DNA from: Candidatus Roizmanbacteria bacterium
Lineage (GTDB): Bacteria > Patescibacteriota > Microgenomatia > UBA1406
Assembly: GCA_024654535.1 (NCBI GenBank)
Contig: JANLHL010000038.1
Location: forward strand, 315,824-379,823
Direction: 5' to 3'
Length of the DNA: 64,000 nucleotides
The notes under the pieces are model-generated. The model was given only the letters and a program-made list of their open reading frames with translations. It was not told the DNA's origin and made no database searches. Position numbers and translations under genes: made by a program. The number at the start of each line of letters is the position of its first letter. The first letter of the stretch is position 1. Of the stretch, positions 20,383-30,451 are shown piece after piece.

Positions 20383-21063
20383 TTATTTTTTAATGACAGG
20401 CAAACCATACCGCAGATCAACGGCGGTAGCCTGAATATTTTTTTCTCTTACTACTTGTTGCATATTGTGCACCAAAAATGCATTTTTAGCAACGCTTTTT
20501 TGTGTTGATATCGTAAAAATGGGTACTTGTGCAAAATGCAGTTCAAGTAAGGTCGGCGATGGTACAAGAATACTGCGTGCTTGAGCATACTTATTACTTG
20601 AACATTCTTCTTGCAGTCTAAGTACATAGTGAATATCTTCAAAGGGTATCATATTGCCTTTTTTCCGTGAAAAGTCAGGAATTTCTCTAAAATATGTCAG
20701 TATCTGAAGGCCATCAGAATTGTCTGAAATCTTCATTATGACACCTTGTTTATTGACTATGATATATTTTTCACGATCATATACAGCTAGTGTTCCCTGT
20801 GATTTTTTTATCGTGAGGGCTATCTCTGAAGGGTATTTTTTCTCTATAGCAATAGATGCAATTTCAGGATACATTTTTGAGATGCTCATTATTTTTTTAT
20901 TGTAGTTTGTGAATACTAAATTAGTATTGAGAAATACGTTCAACACATTTCTAGAAATTGAGATATCGGATGTAACGGTGCGTACTCGAAAGGCAAGAAA
21001 TGCTGTACCAACAATACATATGATTAACCCAATAATCACTAAGCTAACTTTCAACAATTTCAT
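20383..21063 (-). CDS. ftsQ: FtsQ/DivIB-like protein
   Basis: Single TM, POTRA-like IEKKYPSEI, terminal VDLRY; lies between murG and ftsA. Confidence 0.7.
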   Translation of the reverse strand: MKLLKVSLVIIGLIICIVGTAFLAFRVRTVTSDISISRNVLNVFLNTNLVFTNYNKKIMSISKMYPEIASIAIEKKYPSEIALTIKKSQGTLAVYDREKYIIVNKQGVIMKISDNSDGLQILTYFREIPDFSRKKGNMIPFEDIHYVLRLQEECSSNKYAQARSILVPSPTLLELHFAQVPIFTISTQKSVAKNAFLVHNMQQVVREKNIQATAVDLRYGLPVIKK

Positions 21064-22135
21064 TGAGTATGAATTGAGGAGAAACAACTAATTTTTTGTA
21101 ATCTCTCAGTTCTGTGAAGTGTATGCGGTAATTTTGTGCATTTCCCGCTAGTGAACGGACCGTCGGTATGAAAGCATCATTTTGGTGTAAAATAATACCT
21201 ACTCCAGCGTTTTCGAGTATCTGTGCATGTTTTTGCTGTTCGTCATTGGATGCAAATGGTAGTGGGATGAGCAATGAAGGGAGTCCATAGTATACAAGTA
21301 AAAAAAATGTGTTTGCTCCCACTCTCGTCAATGCGAGTTCTGCGTGTGAGAATAAATAGCCATGTTCATTGGGTGCTATAAAAGGGATAGGTATATAGTT
21401 ATCGCTTGCATATGTTTTCATTCGTTCATAATCGCCGTATTCACTTATCCCCAACTGATGCACTATCTGAAAATTTTTCGATAATTCAGGTAGATTGTTT
21501 TCAATGAGTACATTTATTTGGTGAGCACCACTACTTCCACCCATAACAAGAATGAGTGGTTTATTTGGTAGAGGAGTATACCACGATGGTTTTTTAACTG
21601 ATAAGAAGTTACTGTGGTAGGGATTGCCAGTAATAATGGCTGATTTGAAGTATTTTTCTGCCTGTGGAAATGCAACAAAAATTTTTCTTGCAATTTTCGC
21701 AATGAGAAGTGTTGCTTTTCCCGGTGATATAGTTTGCTCATGCAGATAGATTGGTATGCGCAAAACAAAAGCGCAAAGCGCTACGGGAACCGCTAAATAA
21801 CCACCAAACACTATTACTTTTTTTGGATGTGTCTTGTACAGTATTTTCCATGCTTCAATAACTGCACGTATAAATAGTGAAAGCTGTTTAACGATAGTAT
21901 TGTTCGATACTTTAGAGTTGAATCTTCCTGAGTCAAATGGATAAAAGGTGACACCAGAAATTCGTTTAATCAAAGCATGTTCTAAGGTTGGTGACGAAAT
22001 TCCGGTAAAAGAGTCAGTTCTTCCAATGAAAATTACCGGGATGTTCTGTTTTCTCAGTCCTTCCACAAGAGCATAGGCGGGTGAAAAATGCCCACCAACA
22101 ATTGCAACTACTTTGTTATCTTCGTTTTTTTTCAC
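21044..22135 (-). CDS. murG: Lipid II GlcNAc transferase MurG
   Basis: GGHFSPA, FGGY, HEQ, TGNP, MGGSSGA, QQKHA. Confidence 0.93.
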   Translation of the reverse strand: MKKNEDNKVVAIVGGHFSPAYALVEGLRKQNIPVIFIGRTDSFTGISSPTLEHALIKRISGVTFYPFDSGRFNSKVSNNTIVKQLSLFIRAVIEAWKILYKTHPKKVIVFGGYLAVPVALCAFVLRIPIYLHEQTISPGKATLLIAKIARKIFVAFPQAEKYFKSAIITGNPYHSNFLSVKKPSWYTPLPNKPLILVMGGSSGAHQINVLIENNLPELSKNFQIVHQLGISEYGDYERMKTYASDNYIPIPFIAPNEHGYLFSHAELALTRVGANTFFLLVYYGLPSLLIPLPFASNDEQQKHAQILENAGVGIILHQNDAFIPTVRSLAGNAQNYRIHFTELRDYKKLVVSPQFILNEIVES

Positions 22136-23195
22136 TATAGCTAATTATATTAAACAATATACCAGATAAAATATAGAAGGTCAGTAGAGACGACCCACCG
22201 TACGAAATAAACGGTAGTGGAATACCAGTGAGCGGTAAAAGTTGTACCATAGCCCCTAAATTGACCAGACATTGAAATCCAATAATAAAGAATACTCCCG
22301 ACGCAAGAAGAAAACCAAGTCTATCCTTAATATGTTGTAAATGTTGATAAATGTACAGCAAAAAAGCTATGTAGATACTCACAATCAGTACGCTCCCCAC
22401 AAATCCGAAATTTTCTCCTATTATGGCAAAGATAGAATCGGTATGTGCCTCAGGTAAAAAAAGGAATTTTTGTTTTGATGATCCGAAACCGCTTCCCCAT
22501 ACTCCGCCTAACGATAGGGCAATATTTATTTGCTGTATGTGGTATCCAATACCTTGGGGATCAGCTTGTGGATTTAGAAACGTGGTGAGACGTTGTAGTC
22601 TATAAGGTGAAAACACTGCCAGCAGTAAAAAAGCTGTGGCAGCGAGTGGTATAAGTAACAGTCCGTGCTTAATTGGCGCTCCAGATACCATATATAAGAA
22701 CAACGCTATGCAACCGAGTATTGCCGCAGTACCTAAATCCGGCTGTAACATAACAAGTCCTATAATAAGCCCAGTCAATATAAGAAATGCAAATAGTCGG
22801 CTTCGTTCTTTGTAACTAAACCATGCAGAAAGATAGACAATCAAAGTTAATTTTGTTAATTCAGATGGTTGTATACGTATAGGCCCAATACTGAGCCAAC
22901 GGCTGGCGCCCAGCGCGGATGAATATAGACCTGGAATAAATACAAGGAGCAAAAGGACAATATTGATGACAAGGATTGGCAAAGATAGACTATAGAGACG
23001 ATGATAGTCAAAACGTGAAAAGAACCCAAAACAAACGAGTGCGAGGGCAAACCAGATCAGTTGATTGCGTACGAAATAGAGAGCATCTCCATAAGTGCTG
23101 GCTGCGTTTATTGAAGAAGCCTCATAAATCATAAATACACCGAGTGCAGTTAGTACAATTGGAAAAAATAACAAAAGAGAGCGTGACTTTGACAT
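22116..23195 (-). CDS. ftsW: Peptidoglycan polymerase FtsW
   Basis: GASRW, IQPSE.K, QPDLG, PEAHTD, PLPFISYGGSS; dcw context. Confidence 0.95.
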   Translation of the reverse strand: MSKSRSLLLFFPIVLTALGVFMIYEASSINAASTYGDALYFVRNQLIWFALALVCFGFFSRFDYHRLYSLSLPILVINIVLLLLVFIPGLYSSALGASRWLSIGPIRIQPSELTKLTLIVYLSAWFSYKERSRLFAFLILTGLIIGLVMLQPDLGTAAILGCIALFLYMVSGAPIKHGLLLIPLAATAFLLLAVFSPYRLQRLTTFLNPQADPQGIGYHIQQINIALSLGGVWGSGFGSSKQKFLFLPEAHTDSIFAIIGENFGFVGSVLIVSIYIAFLLYIYQHLQHIKDRLGFLLASGVFFIIGFQCLVNLGAMVQLLPLTGIPLPFISYGGSSLLTFYILSGILFNIISYSEKKRR

Positions 23196-23197
23196 AA

Positions 23198-24244
23198 TTA
23201 TTTTAAAAATGCAATCCAAAGACCGAAAATAGAACAGACTATTGTAATAAGCCAAAATCGAAATACTATTTTAGATTCACTCCAACCTTTTAGTTGCAAA
23301 TATAAGTGCGCTGGTGCAACTGGGAAAAATTTCTTTTTAAAATATTTTTTAACGGTTAATTGAAGGAGCGACGATGAAGCTTCCACAACAAATATAAAGC
23401 CGATGATAGGCAGTAAAAATGCTTTACCTAATAAAAGACCAATGACGGCAAACGCTGCCCCAAACGCAAGAGCCCCTGTATCTCCTAGAAATATGCGTGC
23501 GGGGAATACGTTGAAGTATAAAAATGTTAATAGTCCACCTATCCAAACTGAGAGCACTACAGAAAGAATAGTGTCAAGCACTGCGTGAGAAATAATCCAA
23601 AAAGTTAATAGGGAAATGAGTAGTACTCCAGATGAAAGGCCATCTAATCCATCAGTAATATTATATGCATTGGTAAAGGCGAGGATAGTAAAAGTAGCAA
23701 ATAAGACATATCCTATGCCTAGGTGCAGGGTGCCAAAAAAGGGGATATTGATGAATGATATTCCTAACCAAGAGTACATCCAATAGCTGATAATAAGTGC
23801 TATTGCCAACTGTATAAAAATTTTATGGCGCAATCTAAGTCCGTAGAATATTTCAGCGCCCTTTTCAATATTAAAAGTTTTTTTAATATCATCGAAAAGT
23901 CCAAGTAGTGCAAATGCAACGAGAGTGAATAATATGATCACTGTTTCTCTTGGTGCACTCTTGAATACTGAGATTACCGGGATACCGAAAAAATAGAACA
24001 GTGTCAGAAAGAGCATGGATAAAATAATTGTAGTGCAAACAACGAGGAAACCTCCTCCTACTGGGGTGCCAACTTTTTCTTTATGGAAAAAGTCAAATAT
24101 GGGGGCACGCAGATTAAATGGGTCTTTGGTCTTTTGTGCTTGACGTTGAAATTTGAGCTTATAGAGAAAGTCAATAAATGGAACCATTAAAAAAGAGTTC
24201 ACTACAAAGGAGAATATGACCATTCCTAAATATATTGAGTTCAT
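23198..24244 (-). CDS. mraY: Phospho-MurNAc-pentapeptide transferase MraY
   Basis: KVGTPVGGG, GLFDD, NITDGLDG, FLGDTG. Confidence 0.93.
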   Translation of the reverse strand: MNSIYLGMVIFSFVVNSFLMVPFIDFLYKLKFQRQAQKTKDPFNLRAPIFDFFHKEKVGTPVGGGFLVVCTTIILSMLFLTLFYFFGIPVISVFKSAPRETVIILFTLVAFALLGLFDDIKKTFNIEKGAEIFYGLRLRHKIFIQLAIALIISYWMYSWLGISFINIPFFGTLHLGIGYVLFATFTILAFTNAYNITDGLDGLSSGVLLISLLTFWIISHAVLDTILSVVLSVWIGGLLTFLYFNVFPARIFLGDTGALAFGAAFAVIGLLLGKAFLLPIIGFIFVVEASSSLLQLTVKKYFKKKFFPVAPAHLYLQLKGWSESKIVFRFWLITIVCSIFGLWIAFLK

Positions 24245-24627
24245 AGTATTTTGGGCAGAAAAATGATGATACCGATAATGCTTGCATAAATAGCGCTCAA
24301 TAAGACGGCTCCTGCTGCAAGATCTTTAGACAAACCAATCGTACTATCAAATTTTTTTGTAACTGCATCAGTCGCTTGCTCAATGCTCGTATTGATCATT
24401 TCTGTCACAAGTACGCTAAATATGGCACTGACGATAAATAGCCATTCTGATGTTTGCAAGTTTAGTATCAATCCAAGAAGGACAACTATAACTATAGCGT
24501 ATACGTGAATTTTTATATTCACCTGGTGCGTTAAAGCCCATTTAATACCGTGTAAAGCGAAACGAAATCCTATTTTTTGATGATGTACCGCAAACAGTGA
24601 GACCTCATCTTTTGTATTAATTACCAT
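24241..24627 (-). CDS. dgkA: Diacylglycerol/undecaprenol kinase
   Basis: EMINTSIE, KDLAAGAV. Confidence 0.9.
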   Translation of the reverse strand: MVINTKDEVSLFAVHHQKIGFRFALHGIKWALTHQVNIKIHVYAIVIVVLLGLILNLQTSEWLFIVSAIFSVLVTEMINTSIEQATDAVTKKFDSTIGLSKDLAAGAVLLSAIYASIIGIIIFLPKIL

Positions 24628-25603
24628 ACAATAATTCTAGCAAAATTTTTGCAAGCTTATCTGGATCGTGTCGTACTATTGATCTTTCAAGACTGTCACC
24701 TTTTATTTGAACAAACACAGAGTCTGATAGTAAATTAGCTTTAACTTTTTTAACAGTGTGTTCATCAATGGTTAAATCATCTATCACTTCATGTTCGCCA
24801 TATTCCATGTAGTAATTTCGTGCTTCCTCAGAAATTTTTCCGGTGTTGATTACAATATGAGTAAACGGGTTGTCTCCGAGGTATTTTGAAAATATACTAA
24901 CATACCTTGACAGTCCAAACTCATCTGTTTGTCCAGCTTTATTCATCAAATTAGCTATAAGTACCTTTTTAGCGGAGCTTTTTTTATATTCATGTACAAG
25001 TTCATTGAACATAAAGTTGGGAAGTAAACTTGTGTATACATCTCCTGGCCCAATCACGATACAGTCCGCGTTTTTAATTGCATCAACAGCATGTGGGTTG
25101 ACTTTTGCCGGTTTCTCAAGTGTAAGCGTATTAATAGGAGATCGGTTTGGTACTCTTTCATCGATAATCGATTCTCCCGTTAGGATTTTTCCATCTTCTA
25201 ATACTGCCTGAATGTTCGTTTTATCGAAGGTGACTGGAATGACTTTCCCTTTTGTGTGGAGTAATTGTTGTGCCATATCAAGCGCTTTTTGAAAATTTCC
25301 TCCGATTGTTTCGGTTACTGCAAGAAACAGATTGCCAAAATTATGTCCTTTAAAGTCTCCATTTGTAAACCTATATAAAAAAAGTTTCCTCCACAATAAA
25401 TCTGACTCAGATAGAGCGACTAGAGCTTGTCGTACGTCACCTCCAGGGAGCACTCCGTACTGATCGCGTAGCTTTCCACTGCTACCTCCACTGTCCATCA
25501 TGGTTATTATTGCCCCAATAGTAATTGGGTATGTTTTCAGACCTGAAAGCACCGTATAGGTTCCGGTACCTCCGCCAATAACCACAATATTTTTATTTTT
25601 CAT
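24617..25603 (-). CDS. yvcK: YvcK/GlmR family protein
   Basis: GGGTG, DSGGSSG, GHNFGN, GPGDVYTS, RHD. Confidence 0.92.
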   Translation of the reverse strand: MKNKNIVVIGGGTGTYTVLSGLKTYPITIGAIITMMDSGGSSGKLRDQYGVLPGGDVRQALVALSESDLLWRKLFLYRFTNGDFKGHNFGNLFLAVTETIGGNFQKALDMAQQLLHTKGKVIPVTFDKTNIQAVLEDGKILTGESIIDERVPNRSPINTLTLEKPAKVNPHAVDAIKNADCIVIGPGDVYTSLLPNFMFNELVHEYKKSSAKKVLIANLMNKAGQTDEFGLSRYVSIFSKYLGDNPFTHIVINTGKISEEARNYYMEYGEHEVIDDLTIDEHTVKKVKANLLSDSVFVQIKGDSLERSIVRHDPDKLAKILLELLYGN

Positions 25604-25696
25604 CGCATTTATATACTACCTTTTTTTAGTTGATGAATCAATTGACAAACATTTAGCTTGAATATTAAACCTATATACTATACAATACTTTACATT

Positions 25697-26026
25697 ATGA
25701 AGCCATTTGCAGTAATACAAACAGGAGGGAAGCAATATCTCGTAGAAGAAGGAGAGTCAATTGTAGTAAACAAGATCGAAGGGAAAGAAAAAGACGTAGT
25801 TACTTTTGAATCTGTACTATTATATGCAGTGGATGAAAATACCACGCATATCGGAGCGCCTCTGTTACCTAACGTTAAAGTTCTTGCAACTATCACGGAG
25901 CAAGGCAAAGGTGAAAAGATTCGTATAGCACGTTTCAGGTCGAAGTCAAGACACAGGAGGCTACAAGGTCATCGTGAAGTGTTGACGAAGCTTTCGATAC
26001 AAAAAATAGCAGTTGATAAGAAATAA
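25697..26026 (+). CDS. rplU: 50S ribosomal protein L21
   Basis: FAVIQTGGKQYLV, GHR. Confidence 0.96.
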   Translation: MKPFAVIQTGGKQYLVEEGESIVVNKIEGKEKDVVTFESVLLYAVDENTTHIGAPLLPNVKVLATITEQGKGEKIRIARFRSKSRHRRLQGHREVLTKLSIQKIAVDKK

Positions 26027-26277
26027 TGGCGCATACAAAAGCAAAGGGTTCAGCACGAATCAATAAAGATAGCATATCGAAACGACTGGGTGTGAAACGC
26101 AATGATTCACAACCTGTTGTACCCGGGATGATTATAGTTCGTCAGAAAGGAACACGCTATCATAATGGACCAGGAGTATCACGCGGTAAGGATTTTACTC
26201 TTTTTGCAGTTAAGACTGGTGTCGTACATTTTTACAATAGACTTGGCAAAAAATTCGTCAGTGTGAGAACACCTTGA
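26026..26277 (+). CDS. rpmA: 50S ribosomal protein L27
   Basis: MAHTKAKGS, DSISKRLGVK, IIVRQKGT, GKDFTLFA. Confidence 0.97.
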   Translation: MAHTKAKGSARINKDSISKRLGVKRNDSQPVVPGMIIVRQKGTRYHNGPGVSRGKDFTLFAVKTGVVHFYNRLGKKFVSVRTP

Positions 26278-26807
26278 ATACAGAAACACACATATTGACT
26301 ATATTGCGGGATCCAAACACAAACCCTCTGAGGCGGGCAGCTTTGATTTCTAAACTTGTTGAAGATCATCACTATTCAAAAATAGAACTTGCTAATATTC
26401 TCAAAAAAAGTCCTAGCTATATTTCAAACCACTTACGTTTATTAAGGTTACCCGATGCTGTTAAAGACGCACTCATATCTGCGATTATTTCAGAAGGTCA
26501 TGGACGTGCGCTTTCATGTTTAAACACAGAGAGCGAAATTTTAAATATGTTTGAAGAAATTATTAGATTTAATTTATCTGTACGACAAGTTGAGAGCAAA
26601 GTAGATTCTTTGCGATCAGAAAAACGTGAGTATGGTAAGTTAAATGAAGATATTAATAATCAAGCACGTGATATTTCGAGAGCAACAGGAGCGAGTACCT
26701 CTATTCGACGTCGTAGTAGTCAGCTTGTACTTACTATTAATTTTCCTTACAGTATTGTTGGTTTTAATAAGATTAAAAGAATTTCAGAAATTCTTAAAAG
26801 AGGTTAA
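26274..26807 (+). CDS. ParB/Spo0J-like HTH protein lacking the N-terminal CTPase domain
   Basis: NPLRRA, ELANILKKSPSYISNHLRLLRLP, ISEGHGRAL, LSVRQVE; TTG start overlaps the rpmA stop. Confidence 0.8.
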   Translation: MNTETHILTILRDPNTNPLRRAALISKLVEDHHYSKIELANILKKSPSYISNHLRLLRLPDAVKDALISAIISEGHGRALSCLNTESEILNMFEEIIRFNLSVRQVESKVDSLRSEKREYGKLNEDINNQARDISRATGASTSIRRRSSQLVLTINFPYSIVGFNKIKRISEILKRG

Positions 26808-26818
26808 GAGTATTTTCT

Positions 26819-27436
26819 TTAATTACCTGCATATACAGGAGTTGTAACAAATCCAGCTCGAGCGATAGGGAAGTAGCGAAACACTACGCGTCCGATTATG
26901 TGTTTAAATGGAATAAGTCCGTATTCTCGTGAATCAGATGAACCTGGTCTATTGTCACCGAGAACAAAAAATGAACCCTGAGGTATTGAAATTCGATCTC
27001 CTTCTTTTAGAAAACCCCCTGGAAAAACTGGGGTATAGACTGATATGTATGGCTCACTCAATTCTCTTTCATTTAAATATACCTTGCCATTGTTTATCGA
27101 TACTGAATCTCCCGGCAACCCTATGATCCTTTTTATGAAGTCTATGTCTGCGTTGGCCGGAGACTGTAAAATGACAACTTCTCCCCGTTGCGGCTGTCTA
27201 AGCTTATAGGTTATTTTATCCGTAAGAATGTACTCTTTATCTTTAAATGTAGGCAACATAGAGCTACCACGTATCATGTTGGGTTGGGCTATATAAATAT
27301 AAAAAACAACAAAAAAAGCACCACCAAGTGCAATTTGTTGCAGTATGTCAAATAAAAAATCTACCACCCGCATGGCTGGTGATTTATTGATAGGTTTACC
27401 TTCTTCTATTTTTTTCCCTAGCGACCATTGTTCCAT
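26819..27436 (-). CDS. lepB: Signal peptidase I
   Basis: GSSMLPT, FIKRIIGLPGD, GDNR..S.DSR. Confidence 0.95.
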   Translation of the reverse strand: MEQWSLGKKIEEGKPINKSPAMRVVDFLFDILQQIALGGAFFVVFYIYIAQPNMIRGSSMLPTFKDKEYILTDKITYKLRQPQRGEVVILQSPANADIDFIKRIIGLPGDSVSINNGKVYLNERELSEPYISVYTPVFPGGFLKEGDRISIPQGSFFVLGDNRPGSSDSREYGLIPFKHIIGRVVFRYFPIARAGFVTTPVYAGN

Positions 27437-27529
27437 AATTGCATTATACAAGATATATGTTAAAAGAGAAGATTCAAAAAAGCTATAAAATGCAAAGTGA
27501 AAAATAATAACACATGTTACAATAGGTAG

Positions 27530-29623
27530 ATGAAACTCATTATTGTCGAATCGCCGACGAAAGCAAGAACTTTTGGAAAATTTCTTAAGGTAGGTGAGCT
27601 TGAGATAATTTCAAGCATGGGACACGTCAGGGATTTACCACAAAAAAAACTCGGGGTGGAAATTGAGAAGACGTTTTTACCGACATATGAAATCTTGCCG
27701 GGTAAAAAGAAGCTAATTGATGAAATAATTCGCAAAGCGCGACATGCAAAAGAAGTAATACTCGCAACAGATCCTGATAGGGAGGGTGAAGCGATCGCGT
27801 TCCACTTACGATACGTGATTCACGAGTCTGTACCGAAAGTAACATTTAAGAGAATAGTGTTCCATGAAATTACAGAAGAAGCACTGCAAGATGCTTTAAA
27901 AAATCCACGGGATATTGATGAGCGCTTATTTGATGCACAACAAGCGCGACGCATACTCGATAGACTTGTTGGATATACCATCTCACCATATTTGTGGAAA
28001 AAGTTTTCTAAATATTGGTTGTCGGCTGGTCGCGTTCAAACTGTTGCCTTGCGCTTTGTAGTAGAGCGTGAAAAAGAACGTGAAAAATTTAAATCTGTTT
28101 CGTATTATAGTTTTGAAAGTGAATTTAAAGTTCGGCAAGAATTGGTATTAGCACAGCTTGTTCGATTACGTGGAAAAAGTTTTTATACGAGTACCTCATT
28201 GTCACTGTTCGATGGTAAGTATACCTATAAGAGCTCCATAGTTACTTCAGAGGATGAAGCCCGTATAGAAAAAGAGAGATTAGAAAAAGAAGACTACTCA
28301 TTGAGCGGTGTTTCTGAAACGCTTGTGAAAAAAACTCCTCCTCCACCATTTACTACTTCTTCTTTACAACAGCATGCTTCAACAACGATGGGGTATAGTG
28401 CAAAAAAAACTATGAGAACTGCCCAGGCATTATATGAAAAAGGGTTGATTTCTTATCATCGCACAGATTCTACAACCTTATCTACTGCGTTTATTGAAAA
28501 AGTTCGTGATTACGTGAAAAATACTTTTGGCGATGATTATTTAGCAACAGGGGTACGAAATTATAAAACAAAAGTGAAAAATGCCCAAGAAGCACATGAA
28601 GCAATACGTCCTACTAACATAGTAACTACCCCATTGAATCTTAAAGATAGTACTCCAACAGATCAAGCCAAACTTTACGAGGCTATTTATAACCGTGCCC
28701 TTGCAACGCAGATGACCGACGCTACTTTCAAAAAGCAACTTTTGACGTTTATAAGCTCGCAGGAAGACGAGTTTACAGCAGAAGCACAGATCATGGTACA
28801 TCCAGGTTTTTTACGTTTATATCAGCAAAAAGCCCAAGAGATGTTATATTCTGTTGCGAAGGATGATGTTGTAGAGTTGAAATTACTTAATATGCTTGCA
28901 AAAGAAACCCAGTTACCACCTCAATATACAGAAGCAAGCTTAATAAAGTCTTTGGAAAAGAGGGGAATCGGTCGCCCTTCAACATATGCACCAATAGTAA
29001 GTCTTATTCAAGAGCGTCAATATGTGCGCAAACAAGATCGCGCTCTTTCGCCATCTGTGCTCGGTACTAAAATCGCTGATGTTCTCAGTGAGTATTTTGC
29101 AAAAATATTTGATGTAGATTTCACAGCTGGAATGGAAGAAAAACTTGATGATATTGGAACAGGGTCGTTATCGTGGAAAACAGTACTTACTGATTTTTAT
29201 GGTCCTCTTGAAATTCTTTTAAAAAAAGCATACGAAAATACTGAAAAGATACGCGTGGAGGAAAAAACAGATGAAGTATGTCCTAAGTGTAGTAAAAAAC
29301 TTGTGATTAAAATATCACGTTTCGGTAAATTTTATGCTTGTGAAGGATTTCCTACATGCAAATTTACCAAGCCGTATCTGCAAAAAACGGGTGTAGTATG
29401 CCCTCAATGTTCTAAAGGGGAACTGGTTATGAGATTCTCTAAGAAAAAGCGGCGTTTTTATGGCTGTGATAGATATCCTGAATGTGATTATACAAGTCTG
29501 TGGCTGAAGAAAACAGATGAGAATGAAGTGATAGACAGTAAAAAAAATAAAACAACTAAAAAAAAGCTAAAAAAGAAATCCGATCAGAAGAAAAGCGCTC
29601 CCCGCAAGAAAAAGAATAATTGA
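27530..29623 (+). CDS. topA: DNA topoisomerase I
   Basis: IVESPTKA, DPDREGE, SAGRVQ, ISYHRTDS, AHEAIRP, two Zn ribbons, Lys-rich tail. Confidence 0.97.
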   Translation: MKLIIVESPTKARTFGKFLKVGELEIISSMGHVRDLPQKKLGVEIEKTFLPTYEILPGKKKLIDEIIRKARHAKEVILATDPDREGEAIAFHLRYVIHESVPKVTFKRIVFHEITEEALQDALKNPRDIDERLFDAQQARRILDRLVGYTISPYLWKKFSKYWLSAGRVQTVALRFVVEREKEREKFKSVSYYSFESEFKVRQELVLAQLVRLRGKSFYTSTSLSLFDGKYTYKSSIVTSEDEARIEKERLEKEDYSLSGVSETLVKKTPPPPFTTSSLQQHASTTMGYSAKKTMRTAQALYEKGLISYHRTDSTTLSTAFIEKVRDYVKNTFGDDYLATGVRNYKTKVKNAQEAHEAIRPTNIVTTPLNLKDSTPTDQAKLYEAIYNRALATQMTDATFKKQLLTFISSQEDEFTAEAQIMVHPGFLRLYQQKAQEMLYSVAKDDVVELKLLNMLAKETQLPPQYTEASLIKSLEKRGIGRPSTYAPIVSLIQERQYVRKQDRALSPSVLGTKIADVLSEYFAKIFDVDFTAGMEEKLDDIGTGSLSWKTVLTDFYGPLEILLKKAYENTEKIRVEEKTDEVCPKCSKKLVIKISRFGKFYACEGFPTCKFTKPYLQKTGVVCPQCSKGELVMRFSKKKRRFYGCDRYPECDYTSLWLKKTDENEVIDSKKNKTTKKKLKKKSDQKKSAPRKKKNN

Positions 29624-30430
29624 ATTTTCGATAAACCCAGTTGAAGGTATCGCTTTTGGCGTTATTGTTTCTATATGTGTTATTTGAGTAGTGGGGATTC
29701 TTGTTGCAAGAGCCAATTGAGTGGGTTCTTGGGTTACTGCGTACGCAAGATATGTTGGTGCAACTGTTGGTGTGTGTGTACTAGATGTATTTGTATGAGT
29801 CGGTGAACTTGCAATTCGAGTAGCGGTGATAGTCTCTTTGGTTGGGGTGGCAGTTGGTGAAGGAGCTGTTGAAGGTGTTGGAGTACGTGAAAGCAAAGCT
29901 CGAAAACTTGAAGTCGGTGTTAAAGTAATGGGAGTCGATGTCTTTGTTGGAGATAGCGCTGAGTCATTGACAATTGTAATCGTTGGTTGTTTTGTAACTG
30001 TTGGCATACTCGTTGAATCGGTGGTTGCAGGTAGGCTATTAGTTTTTGTGGGTAAAATAGGCGCATTTTGTGTTGGTATGGTCGATGTGGGGTTTTGATT
30101 TGTTTGGGCACGAGGGATATATGTTATGTTGTTATTTCGGGTGAAAAGCACTACTGCCCCAACAAAAACGATAAAAATACTGACTATAGCGTAATATGCC
30201 ATCTTCAATTTTTGTTTATTCCTTGTTATGCTTATTGTTTCCTCATGTGCGTGTCTGTCGATGTTTTCGATAAATTTTTTTGGATCGACTACATAACTGT
30301 TTTGTTTAAGTGAAGGAATATTTGGTTTTTTGTGCTTTTTTTTGTATTTTAAGTATTGTACGATTTGGTAGAGTAGGGTACCGCTAATACCAATGAATGC
30401 TAGTATAGGAATTATTGTTGCAGTATTCAT
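29567..30430 (-). CDS. Thr/Pro/Ser-rich surface protein with IPSTG plus C-terminal TM
   Basis: Two N-terminal hydrophobic helices, long TP-rich stalk, C-terminal IPSTG-hydrophobic tail. Confidence 0.75.
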   Translation of the reverse strand: MNTATIIPILAFIGISGTLLYQIVQYLKYKKKHKKPNIPSLKQNSYVVDPKKFIENIDRHAHEETISITRNKQKLKMAYYAIVSIFIVFVGAVVLFTRNNNITYIPRAQTNQNPTSTIPTQNAPILPTKTNSLPATTDSTSMPTVTKQPTITIVNDSALSPTKTSTPITLTPTSSFRALLSRTPTPSTAPSPTATPTKETITATRIASSPTHTNTSSTHTPTVAPTYLAYAVTQEPTQLALATRIPTTQITHIETITPKAIPSTGFIENSIILFLAGSAFLLIGFLF

Positions 30431-30451
30431 ATATGTATTATGCCAAAATAA

